Made by a program: the position numbers and the translations under genes
NCBI GenBank assembly: GCA_964571695.1
Contig: CAZNDG010000012.1
Coordinates: forward strand, 2,296-66,295
Reading direction: 5' to 3'
DNA from: an uncultured Syntrophus sp.
GTDB lineage: Bacteria > Desulfobacterota > Syntrophia > Syntrophales > UBA8958
Length of the DNA stretch: 64,000 nucleotides
Notes under the pieces: model-generated
Seen by the model: only the letters and a program-made list of their open reading frames with translations
The model's database searches: none
Told to the model about the DNA's origin: nothing
Shown here: in pieces, positions 7,952 through 16,470 of the stretch
Position numbering within the stretch: position 1 is the stretch's first letter
Layout: every line of letters starts with the position of its first letter

Positions 7952-9538
7952 TCACGCCGGAACCGCTCTCCCCTCTCCATATACCAGCATGCGATAGGTC
8001 TTCTCGATGCGGTCCCAGTTTTCCTCCCGGTCCATGGACCAGAAACGGCCGATGACGGAAACTATCTGTCCCAAACCCAGGGAGGCGCATTTTTTTTCCA
8101 CTTCCTGGATATAGCGGGCGCCGCTTTCCGGCTGCTCCCCGCGGCGGCCCAGCATGGCGTGGATGTAAACCTCCGGCACGGATTGCCGTCGTGCCATCTC
8201 CAGGAGGGCGAAGAGATGGGGGAGGGAGCCGTGGGAGCTGAAGAAGGAGACGATGCCCATGAGGTGCAGGGCGGTTTTCCTTTCTTTGGCGGCATTCATG
8301 ACCTTCAGGAAGGCCTTGTTCCGGAAGAAGGCGCCGTCGGCGATGGCCCGGTCGATGCGGACCCGGTCGGAATAGATCCGTCGGCCGGCGCCGATGTGGA
8401 GATGTCCGGCCTCGGAGTTGCCCACGGTGCCCGGGGGCAGGCCCACGGCTTCACCGGCGGCCGCCAGGACGGCAAAGGGGTGGTCGGACAGCAGCCGGTC
8501 CATGACGGGCGTCCGGGCGGAAGCGAGGAGGTTGCCGTAGGCGTCTTCCCGGTAGCCCCAACCGTCGAGGAGGAGATATAGGACCCGAGTTCTGACTTTT
8601 TCATCTCCATTGCCAGGATTCCTTTCGATCAGGGATCGGCCCGTCATCAGCGGGGAGGAGGAGAGCCCCAGGAGATCCAGGACCGTCGGCGCCGCGTCGG
8701 CAAGCTCCCCCTGCTTTCGAATAGTTATCCCTCCTTCCGGGGAGATGAGGACTAAGGGGACGGGACTGTCCGTGTGCCCGGTGTCCACGGCGCCGTCGGG
8801 GTAAAGCCATTTCTCCACCGTGCCGTGGTCGGCGGAGACGACGACCGTCATCCCCGCTTCGGCGGCGGCGGCGATGGCGGCGCCCGCCTGGCGGTCCACT
8901 GCTTCGATGGCCTGGATGATGGCCTCCCGGTTTTCAATGTGTCCCACCACATCCACATTGGGAAAGTTGGCAAAGATAAAGGAATAGCGCTGGTCCCGGA
9001 TCGCGTCCGCGACCGCCGCCCCGATCTTTCCGATGGACATCTCCGGGGCGGCATCGAAAAGGGCGACGTCCTTGCGGGTCGGCACCACGATCCGGTCTTC
9101 ACCGGGGAAGGGCTCCTGCCGCTTGCCGTTGAGGAAATAGCTCACATGGACCGCCTTTTCCGCCTCGGTGATCTTCACCTGCCTCAGACCGGCCCGGGCG
9201 ATCAGGGCGCTCAGGGTATCCTCCAGGGTTTCTTCGGGGGGAAAGGCCACCTCCACGGGAAGGTCCCGCCGGTACTCGATCATGGTGGCGTAGGCCAGCC
9301 CCAGGTCCGGCGTGGTGGGAAATTCGGCGAAACCCTTTTCTGTGAGGCTTCTGGTCAGTTCTATTTCCCGTTCTCCCCGGATGTTGTAAAAGATTACGGC
9401 GTCGCCCTTGCCGATCCTGCCGAACGGCGCGCCGTTCCTTCCTCTGGCGACCAATGGCTGCAGTGTCTCGTCTTCCTCGCCGGCCCGGTATGACTTGCGG
9501 ACCGCCTCGGACAGCGAATAATTCCCGGTTGGCTCCAT
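7952..9538 (-). CDS. gpmI: 2,3-bisphosphoglycerate-independent phosphoglycerate mutase, circularly permuted domain order
   Basis: All iPGM motifs are present (LDGWGY, GNSEAGH, FYNIRGER, GLRQVKITEAEK, PEMS, NVDVVGH, SADHG, MTGRSLI). The segment normally at residues ~232-511 comes first and the segment ~5-231 comes last. A GGAG lies 9 nt before the ATG at 9538. Confidence 0.85.
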   Translation of the reverse strand: MEPTGNYSLSEAVRKSYRAGEEDETLQPLVARGRNGAPFGRIGKGDAVIFYNIRGEREIELTRSLTEKGFAEFPTTPDLGLAYATMIEYRRDLPVEVAFPPEETLEDTLSALIARAGLRQVKITEAEKAVHVSYFLNGKRQEPFPGEDRIVVPTRKDVALFDAAPEMSIGKIGAAVADAIRDQRYSFIFANFPNVDVVGHIENREAIIQAIEAVDRQAGAAIAAAAEAGMTVVVSADHGTVEKWLYPDGAVDTGHTDSPVPLVLISPEGGITIRKQGELADAAPTVLDLLGLSSSPLMTGRSLIERNPGNGDEKVRTRVLYLLLDGWGYREDAYGNLLASARTPVMDRLLSDHPFAVLAAAGEAVGLPPGTVGNSEAGHLHIGAGRRIYSDRVRIDRAIADGAFFRNKAFLKVMNAAKERKTALHLMGIVSFFSSHGSLPHLFALLEMARRQSVPEVYIHAMLGRRGEQPESGARYIQEVEKKCASLGLGQIVSVIGRFWSMDREENWDRIEKTYRMLVYGEGRAVPA

Positions 9539-9738
9539 AATGTCGATCTCCCCGTTTGGATGTCGCGGCCGTCCGTACCTTCCTGCCGGGATGTCCGGCG
9601 GTCCGCTGTTTTTCGGCTTGTTGGCCGGGACGCGCTAAGGGTACCGCCCGCGCGTGACTTGTATAGAAAAGCACCGGGCCTGTAAAGAAAAAATCAGAAC
9701 AATGTCGGCTATTCCCCGGTTCGGGTCGTGCTTTTTAA

Positions 9739-9767
9739 TTGATCGTCAACAACTTAAGTGATAGAAT
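9739..9767 (+). promoter_or_regulatory. sigma-70-like promoter
   Basis: TTGATC (9739-9744), a 17-nt spacer and TAGAAT (9762-9767) lie 40 nt upstream of the ORF at 9808. Confidence 0.5.
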
Positions 9768-9807
9768 ACCTTACATGAATTAACATCGGGAAGGCATCGG
9801 CGGCAAG

Positions 9808-10197
9808 ATGAAGGAAAAAACGGTTGATGATGTCCTTCGGGAGGAATTCCTCAAAGAGCGGGCCGTGGTCCTGGGGCGGACCGGGGAGAGCGTGGCCCGG
9901 GCCATTGCCAAGCTCCAGCGTCTGGCGCAGATTATAGAAAATCGTCATCAGGAGCTCCGGCGCCTGGACCGGGAGCCAGACGGCGACGCGGAATGCCATG
10001 GACTCAGGACGGCGAAAGAAAGGGCCGTCAACGATATCAACAGCAAGATCGCCCAGTACAACCGACTCTGGGACCACGCCCAGTTGCGCTACTATTATCT
10101 CATCGTCACCAGGGAGGCCATGGGGTTGCGAAGCCATCATCGCGTGGAGGAGATATATCGCATTCCCCCGAAGAAAAAAAAGCTTTCAGGAGGATAA
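9808..10197 (+). CDS. hypothetical protein (129 aa), translationally coupled to pcm
   Basis: The ORF has plausible composition and helix-rich, charged sequence. Its stop overlaps the pcm start (TAATG). I do not recognise a family. Confidence 0.55.
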   Translation: MKEKTVDDVLREEFLKERAVVLGRTGESVARAIAKLQRLAQIIENRHQELRRLDREPDGDAECHGLRTAKERAVNDINSKIAQYNRLWDHAQLRYYYLIVTREAMGLRSHHRVEEIYRIPPKKKKLSGG

Positions 10198-10850
10198 TGG
10201 ACCGATTCCAGAAGCTGCGGATTAAGATGGTGGAGAACCAGATCAGGGCCCGGGGAGTGACCGACGAAAGGGTCCTGTCCGTGATGGCCAAAATACCCCG
10301 CCATCTTTTTGTCGACGAAGCCCTCATCGAACAGGCGTACAACGACAACCCCCTGCCTATTGGAAAGAGCCAGACGATCTCGCAGCCTTACATTGTTGCC
10401 CTGATGACGGCGGCACTGAAGCTGACGGGAAGGGAAAAGGTGCTGGAGATCGGTACGGGGTCAGGTTATCAGACCGCGATCCTGGCGGAACTGGCGGAAC
10501 AGGTCTTTTCCATCGAACGTATTGCCCAGTTGGCGGCGGGGGCGAGGAAGCAACTGGACGCCCTCAACTGCTTCAATGTGGCCATGCGGGTCGGGGACGG
10601 CACCTACGGCTGGCGGGAGGAGTCTCCTTTTGACGGCATCATGGTCACGGCGGGGGCGCCGAAGGTTCCGGCAATCCTTATGGAACAGCTTGCCGTCGGC
10701 GGCCGTCTCGTCATACCAACGGGAGGACGGATAAGCCAGGAGTTGCTCAGGGTTACCCGCATGTCCGCCGATCTGAATGAGGTCAAGACGGAGGTCCTGT
10801 GTGGATGCCGTTTTGTCGATCTCATTGGCGAGCATGGTTGGAATAATTGA
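10197..10850 (+). CDS. pcm: protein-L-isoaspartate O-methyltransferase
   Basis: MDRFQKLRIKMVENQIRARGV...IGKSQTISQPYIVALM...VLEIGTGSGYQTA are canonical PCM motifs. Confidence 0.92.
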   Translation: MDRFQKLRIKMVENQIRARGVTDERVLSVMAKIPRHLFVDEALIEQAYNDNPLPIGKSQTISQPYIVALMTAALKLTGREKVLEIGTGSGYQTAILAELAEQVFSIERIAQLAAGARKQLDALNCFNVAMRVGDGTYGWREESPFDGIMVTAGAPKVPAILMEQLAVGGRLVIPTGGRISQELLRVTRMSADLNEVKTEVLCGCRFVDLIGEHGWNN

Positions 10851-10852
10851 GC

Positions 10853-11776
10853 ATGCCTCCCGGTGCCGCCGTTTTGAAGAAACTCGCCATGAGATGTCTT
10901 GCCGTATTAATGGCTCTTCTGAGCCTCTTCCTTTTCGCCTGCGCCGGTCAAAAGAATGTCGTCCGTCCGGGAAAGGGGGTGTATCATCCGGTAAAAAAAG
11001 GGGAAACCCTCTCGCAGATAGCCCTGGCCTATGAGGTTAGTCAACGGAAGCTGGCGGACGTAAACAATATCCGGCGTCCCGATCACCTGGAAGCGGGAAG
11101 TGCGGTCTTTGTACCCGATGCTGTCCGGGTGCTCGATGTGGACAAGGTTTTGCAGGCGAAGGCGGCCGTTGATAAAGCGGAAAAGGGACCGGCAAAGAAG
11201 GGAAGAGAGAAAAAACCGTCCGCCGCAGCAGGGGTGAAGGAGCGTAAACAGGCGGAGCTTTCCCGGGAGGACACGCCAAAACCAGGGGTTGATCATCGGA
11301 AAGGGGGGGCTGTAAAACCGGATAAGGAAAAAAACCGGGACGCCAGTCCCACCGCCGCTCCGCCTCCTCCTCTGCCGGGGACTTCGGTGAGTATGACCCC
11401 GGGCAAGGGTTCGTTTGCCTGGCCCGTGCGGGGTCGCGTAACGTCCCGCTTCGGGAGGCAGCCCAACGGAATGGTCTTCAATCATATCCGGATTACAACC
11501 CGGGATCACGCCCAGATTGTTGCTGCCGCCTCGGGGACGGTGATCTTCTCCGCTCCCCTCCGGGATTTCGGAGAGACGGTCATCATCAAGCATGACGATG
11601 ATTTCGCCACGGTTTACACCCATTTGGGCAGCAGGTCCGTCCGGGCGGACAGCCGCATCAAGAAGGGGGAGATTGTCGGTCAGACGGGAAAATCGGACAA
11701 GAAGGGGGAGGGATACATGAATTTTGAAATCCGCCGACACAACAAGGCACTGGACCCGCTTTTATTTCTGCCTTGA
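10853..11776 (+). CDS. nlpD: LysM / degenerate M23 (LytM) lipoprotein, NlpD-like
   Basis: There is a signal peptide with a lipobox-like LFAC and a LysM domain (YHPVKKGETLSQIALAYEV). The C-terminal M23 fold has HxxxD reduced to HIRIT and HxH reduced to MNF. Gene order is pcm-nlpD. The start is TTG at 10847 or ATG at 10853. Confidence 0.8.
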   Translation: MPPGAAVLKKLAMRCLAVLMALLSLFLFACAGQKNVVRPGKGVYHPVKKGETLSQIALAYEVSQRKLADVNNIRRPDHLEAGSAVFVPDAVRVLDVDKVLQAKAAVDKAEKGPAKKGREKKPSAAAGVKERKQAELSREDTPKPGVDHRKGGAVKPDKEKNRDASPTAAPPPPLPGTSVSMTPGKGSFAWPVRGRVTSRFGRQPNGMVFNHIRITTRDHAQIVAAASGTVIFSAPLRDFGETVIIKHDDDFATVYTHLGSRSVRADSRIKKGEIVGQTGKSDKKGEGYMNFEIRRHNKALDPLLFLP

Positions 11777-11994
11777 ATATGAATGCCCCGATGCATATAT
11801 TTCTCACTGAGCGCCAGGAGATACTGCGGGATGAAGAAGGAGGAGGTGCCGATATTTCTTTTCCTCCCCGGCGCCCGGCACATGCTCATACAACGATGGA
11901 TACTAATGGTGGTTCGGGAAGGTTCCGGGACATGTTCATGCCTTACCTCCCCGGTCGCCGAGGACGAGAAGAATGAAGGAAAGACAGACATATT

Positions 11995-13143
11995 ATGGAA
12001 TTGTCGTTTGAACAGGGGCCCATCCGACCGCCCAGCGAGGCTAAAAGCCTGCTGATTCGGGCCACGAGAAATTGCCCGTGGAATAAGTGCGCATTTTGCC
12101 GCACCTATCAGCGGAAGAAATTCGAACTCCGGAGCATCGAGGAAGTCAAAGACGATATCCGGAATGCCCGGATGATCGCCGATGAGATCCGGGCCCTGTC
12201 CTGGAAACTCGGCGGCGGAGGTCGGGTGACCGATGCGGTGGTCCGGCTCGTTTACAAAGGCGGCAACGGTTACAACGACGCTTTTCGCTCCGTTTGTGCC
12301 TGGTTGTACTGGGGAGGGGAGTCGGTTTTTCTTCAGGATGCCAACTCCCTGATTCTGAAGACCGATGAGCTTGTGGAGATCCTCTCCTTTATCAAGGAGC
12401 AGTTTCCCGGCGTTAACAGGATTACCTCCTACTGCCGCTCCAAGACGGCGGCCAGAAAAAGCGTGGCGGAGCTGGAGAGGATTCGCGAGGCGGGCCTGTC
12501 GCGGATTCATGTGGGCATGGAGAGCGGCTGCGATCCGCTCCTTGAATTCATTCGGAAGGGCGCCACGGCCGCCGACCATGTCGAAGGGGGGAAAAGGATC
12601 GTCGCGGCGGGCATTTCCCTCTGCGAATACATAATTCCCGGCCTGGGCGGCGAGAGCTGGTCTCGGGAGCACGCCGTCGCCACCGCCGCGGCCGTCAACG
12701 CCATCAATCCCGACTTCGTGCGGTTGCGGTCCCTTCAGGTCGTCAAGGGAACGGGCCTTTATGAGCGGATGCAAAACGGTGAATTCACCCCTCAGGGGGA
12801 CGAGGAGACGGTGCGGGAGATCCGCCTGTTCATCGAAAACCTGACGGGGGTGCGGACAACCATCGTCAGCGATCATATCCTCAACCTCCTGGAAGAGGTG
12901 GAGGGAAAGCTTCCCGAAGACCGGGACAGGATTCTCGCCGTCATCGATATGTATCTGTCCCTGCCGGAACAGGACCGGATGATTTTCCGCCTGGGGCGGA
13001 GGCAGGGGATATACCGGCGTCTAACCGACCTGAACGATCCGCTCATGTATGGACGGCTGAAGGCCGTTACGGATGAATACGTCCCGGATGACGCCGGGCG
13101 GTTCGAGGCCGACCTGAAGGAGTTGATGCATCATTATATATGA
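11995..13143 (+). CDS. radical SAM domain protein of unknown function
   Basis: The N-terminus reads GPIRPPSEAKSLLIRATRNCPWNKCAFC, a Cys triad with CX4CX2C spacing. It is followed by a TIM-barrel-like radical SAM core (FLQDANSL, RIHVGMESG). Confidence 0.7.
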   Translation: MELSFEQGPIRPPSEAKSLLIRATRNCPWNKCAFCRTYQRKKFELRSIEEVKDDIRNARMIADEIRALSWKLGGGGRVTDAVVRLVYKGGNGYNDAFRSVCAWLYWGGESVFLQDANSLILKTDELVEILSFIKEQFPGVNRITSYCRSKTAARKSVAELERIREAGLSRIHVGMESGCDPLLEFIRKGATAADHVEGGKRIVAAGISLCEYIIPGLGGESWSREHAVATAAAVNAINPDFVRLRSLQVVKGTGLYERMQNGEFTPQGDEETVREIRLFIENLTGVRTTIVSDHILNLLEEVEGKLPEDRDRILAVIDMYLSLPEQDRMIFRLGRRQGIYRRLTDLNDPLMYGRLKAVTDEYVPDDAGRFEADLKELMHHYI

Positions 13144-13211
13144 TGACGTATTGACTATGGTTTAAAAATATGTTAACTTGCGAAATTCAAAATATATTTG
13201 GTGGTGGCAAG

Positions 13212-13697
13212 ATGTTTAAGATTGGTGACATGGCAGTATATCCCGCGCAGGGCGTCGGGGTCATTGAAAACATTGAAAACCGCGAAATCATGGGGACCAA
13301 GCAGACCTTTTACATCCTCAAGATCATGGGCAACGGCATGAAGATTATGATCCCCACTAAGAGTGCAAAATCCGTAGGACTCCGGGAGGTCATCTCCGAG
13401 AAGGAGATTTCCAAGGTGTACGATATCCTGAAAAATAAAGAAGTTACGATCGACAAGCAGACGTGGAACAAACGTTATCGGGAATACCTGGAGAAGATCA
13501 AGACCGGCTCCGTATATGAAATCGCCCGGGTCCTCCGGGACCTTCTCATCCTGAAAAATGACAAGAACCTCTCCTTCGGGGAGCGGAAGATGATGGATAC
13601 GGCCAAGAACCTGCTTGTCAAGGAGATATCCGTAGCGACGAAATCCGATGAAACCAAGATCGAGGAGGACCTGAAGACGATCTTCACGATCCAGTAA
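13212..13697 (+). CDS. carD: CarD/CdnL family transcriptional regulator
   Basis: [22 protein letters not shown]...FYILKI is a CarD N-terminal Tudor-like domain. The protein is ~161 aa. Confidence 0.88.
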   Translation: MFKIGDMAVYPAQGVGVIENIENREIMGTKQTFYILKIMGNGMKIMIPTKSAKSVGLREVISEKEISKVYDILKNKEVTIDKQTWNKRYREYLEKIKTGSVYEIARVLRDLLILKNDKNLSFGERKMMDTAKNLLVKEISVATKSDETKIEEDLKTIFTIQ

Positions 13698-13848
13698 GCC
13701 GGATCACCGCGGAAAAAGAAGAATGTTCGGAGGGGGGGCCGGTCCTGATGAAGGTGCCGGCCCCGCCCGACTCGCCCCGGAGACGAAAATAATCGTCCAT
13801 AAGGCGGGTATTTCATATAAATTTAAAAAGAAAGGAGGTGAAAAAGGA

Positions 13849-14877
13849 ATGATTGTCAGAATTTTACTTATCGCCGCCTGTTCCATTAGCGGTTTCTTCA
13901 TCGCCTATCTCACGTATCCCCCCAGCCAGTGGTGGACCTGGCCGATAGGGTTCATCATCGGGCTGGTCATTGCGTTCTTCGTCATCAAGGTGGAACAGGA
14001 CATTCGTAAGTTTTCCCTCCGGATCATCCTGGGGGGAGTGGTGGGCATGATCGTTGGTCTTATCATAGCGTTTCTTCTTGCCTATGGCCTAAATTTCGTA
14101 AGTAATATCAAACAGAATCAGGAGGTCGTACCGTGGATATACGCCCTCTTGACGGGAATCATGGGATACCTCGGATTGGTTCTCGGATCGAAAAAAACGG
14201 AGGAATTGAATATATTCGGTTTCGGACAAACCAAGGAGCCGGATGAAGCCAGAATCCTGGATACCAGCGTCATCATCGACGGCCGGATTGCCGACGTCTG
14301 TGAGACGGGCTTTATCGAAGGCACCCTCATGGTGCCGAGATTCGTTCTCGACGAGTTGCAGTACATCGCCGACTCTTCCGACACACTGAAGCGTTCCCGG
14401 GGCCGGCGCGGGCTCGATATCCTGAACCGGATGCAGAAGATGGCCGGGATCACCGTGGAAGTGGGCGACCAGGATTTTCCCAAAGTCAAGGGCGTGGACG
14501 CCAAACTGGTGGCGTTGGCGCGGAAGATCAATGCCAAGATAATCACCAACGATTTCAATCTCAATAAGGTGGCGGAACTGCAGGGCATCAAGATCCTCAA
14601 CGTCAATGAACTCGCCAACGCCCTGAAGCCGGTTGTGCTGCCGGGCGAAACCATGACGGTGAAGATCATCAAGGAAGGCAAGGAGCCCGGACAGGGGGTG
14701 GCCTATTTGGATGACGGCACCATGATCATTGTCGATAATGCCCAGAAATTTCAGGGCGCCGTTGTAGATGTGACGGTGACCAGCGTCCTCCAGACCACGG
14801 CGGGGCGTATGATCTTTTCGGAGATGAAGGCCCTGGCCGGGGACAAGAAACCCTTTTCCCTGTCGACGAAGTCATGA
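13849..14877 (+). CDS. membrane-anchored PIN and TRAM domain protein (YacL-like)
   Basis: A GGAGG lies upstream and the N-terminus has TM helices. A PIN domain ([12 protein letters not shown]...[11 protein letters not shown]) and a C-terminal TRAM domain ([12 protein letters not shown]...[18 protein letters not shown]) follow. It sits upstream of ispD-ispF, as in Firmicutes. Confidence 0.8.
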   Translation: MIVRILLIAACSISGFFIAYLTYPPSQWWTWPIGFIIGLVIAFFVIKVEQDIRKFSLRIILGGVVGMIVGLIIAFLLAYGLNFVSNIKQNQEVVPWIYALLTGIMGYLGLVLGSKKTEELNIFGFGQTKEPDEARILDTSVIIDGRIADVCETGFIEGTLMVPRFVLDELQYIADSSDTLKRSRGRRGLDILNRMQKMAGITVEVGDQDFPKVKGVDAKLVALARKINAKIITNDFNLNKVAELQGIKILNVNELANALKPVVLPGETMTVKIIKEGKEPGQGVAYLDDGTMIIVDNAQKFQGAVVDVTVTSVLQTTAGRMIFSEMKALAGDKKPFSLSTKS

Positions 14878-14888
14878 TCGTTTCCCAG

Positions 14889-14919
14889 GCCCGGAGGACC
14901 TTGACCTCCGGGCTTTTTT
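14889..14919 (+). terminator. rho-independent terminator
   Basis: GCCCGGAGG-ACCTTGA-CCTCCGGGC is followed by TTTTTT, 12 nt after the stop of the PIN-TRAM gene. Confidence 0.75.
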
Positions 14920-15019
14920 ATGTCTGATGCATGTGTACGCTCCCCGCGGCGGGGTCTCCGGGCGCACGACTATTTCGGACTTTCGTTTTACCTGATTCGG
15001 GCATGGGGGGCTTAGGAAG

Positions 15020-15709
15020 GTGCAGGCCACGGCCATCATCCCCGCCGGCGGGAGCGGCCGGCGCATGGGCGGCACGGAAGCGAAGCAGTACCTGCTGCTT
15101 CAGGGGATTCCCCTGCTGGTCCATACCCTCCAGATGTTTCAGGAGGCGGCGGCGATCGGGGAGATAATCCTCGCCGTACCCGCCGCCGATGTGGATAGAA
15201 TCCGGAGGGAAATACTGGAACCCTTCCGATTGACCAAAGTCCGGCGCGTGGTGGCGGGCGGGCGGCAAAGGCAGGATTCGGTCCATAACGGCATAGCGTC
15301 CTTGGCCGATGATTGCGAACTGGTCGTCATTCATGATGCCGCCCGGCCTTTTGTCACGCCGGACTTGATTGCCCGGGCCGTGGAAGGCGCGGCACGATTC
15401 GGCGCCGTCGCCGCGGGCATCCCGGCCAGGGATACCATCAAGTGTTGCGACGACGCGGGCCGGGTTGTCCGTACCCTGCCCCGGGAGCGGATCTGGATCG
15501 TGCAGACGCCCCAGGCCTTCCGCCGGGAGACTATTGTCGCCGCTCACCGGCAGGCCTGCCGGGACAATTTCACCGGGACCGACGACGCAGCCCTGGTGGA
15601 GCGTCTGGGCGTTGCGGTGCGGATGATCGTGGGCGCGTTCGAAAATATAAAGATTACCACCCCCGAAGATCTGGTCTGGGCGGAACATATCTTGTCGGCG
15701 CGGCGATGA
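15020..15709 (+). CDS. ispD: 2-C-methyl-D-erythritol 4-phosphate cytidylyltransferase
   Basis: AIIPAGGSGRRMG...KQYL and VVIHDAARPF are IspD motifs. The start is GTG. Confidence 0.9.
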   Translation: MQATAIIPAGGSGRRMGGTEAKQYLLLQGIPLLVHTLQMFQEAAAIGEIILAVPAADVDRIRREILEPFRLTKVRRVVAGGRQRQDSVHNGIASLADDCELVVIHDAARPFVTPDLIARAVEGAARFGAVAAGIPARDTIKCCDDAGRVVRTLPRERIWIVQTPQAFRRETIVAAHRQACRDNFTGTDDAALVERLGVAVRMIVGAFENIKITTPEDLVWAEHILSARR

Positions 15710-15848
15710 TTGGCTGTGGTAAGGATCTGGACGCCGCCGTGCCCCGGAGGTGGGGGGCGGCCAGCCGGCATAGAGTTTTGCCGGGGTTGGGATAACCTCC
15801 GCCCGTAAGCGATGGGACCGCCGTTGAAGAACCCGGAGGAAAGTGAAA

Positions 15849-16364
15849 ATGACAGGCAGCGGTGAACGGGGAATAAAAACGGCCCGCGTGGGCATCGGTT
15901 ATGACAGCCACCGCTGGTGCGACGGCCGTCCCCTTGTCCTGGGCGGGGTGGTGATTCCCCATTCCTGGGGACTCTCCGGCCACTCCGACGCCGACGCCTT
16001 GATCCATGCCATCTGCGATGCCGTCCTTGGGGCTGTGGGCGCCGGGGATATCGGCGCCCATTTTCCAGATACCGATCCTGCTTACCGGGGGATCTCCAGC
16101 CTCGTCCTCCTGACCCGGGTAAGGGAGATTGCGACCGCCCGGGGATGCCGGGTGGTGAATGTGGATGCCACGGTGATCATGGAGCGGCCGAAATTGCGCG
16201 CCCATATCGACGGAATGATCGCCAATATTGCCGCCGCCCTGGCCATGGATGACGCCGCGGTGAGCATCAAGGCCAAGACCAACGAGGGGATGGGCTTCGT
16301 AGGCCGGGGGGAAGGGGTCGCCGTTATGGCCGTGGCCCTGGTGGAGCCGGCCGTAGTGACCTGA
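15849..16364 (+). CDS. ispF: 2-C-methyl-D-erythritol 2,4-cyclodiphosphate synthase
   Basis: RVGIGYDSHR...GHSDADALIHAICDAVLGA...DIGAHFPDTDP are IspF motifs. ATG at 15849 (GGAGGA 8-9 nt upstream) is preferred over GTG at 15843. Confidence 0.9.
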   Translation: MTGSGERGIKTARVGIGYDSHRWCDGRPLVLGGVVIPHSWGLSGHSDADALIHAICDAVLGAVGAGDIGAHFPDTDPAYRGISSLVLLTRVREIATARGCRVVNVDATVIMERPKLRAHIDGMIANIAAALAMDDAAVSIKAKTNEGMGFVGRGEGVAVMAVALVEPAVVT

Positions 16365-16470
16365 GGAGGGCGGCGGTGGAGAATCTTCCCTTCATTATTG
16401 ACGAGTATGACTATATGATTACGTGGATGGAAAAGACAAATTCACCCGAATCAGCCGCGGGCGCCGCTTC

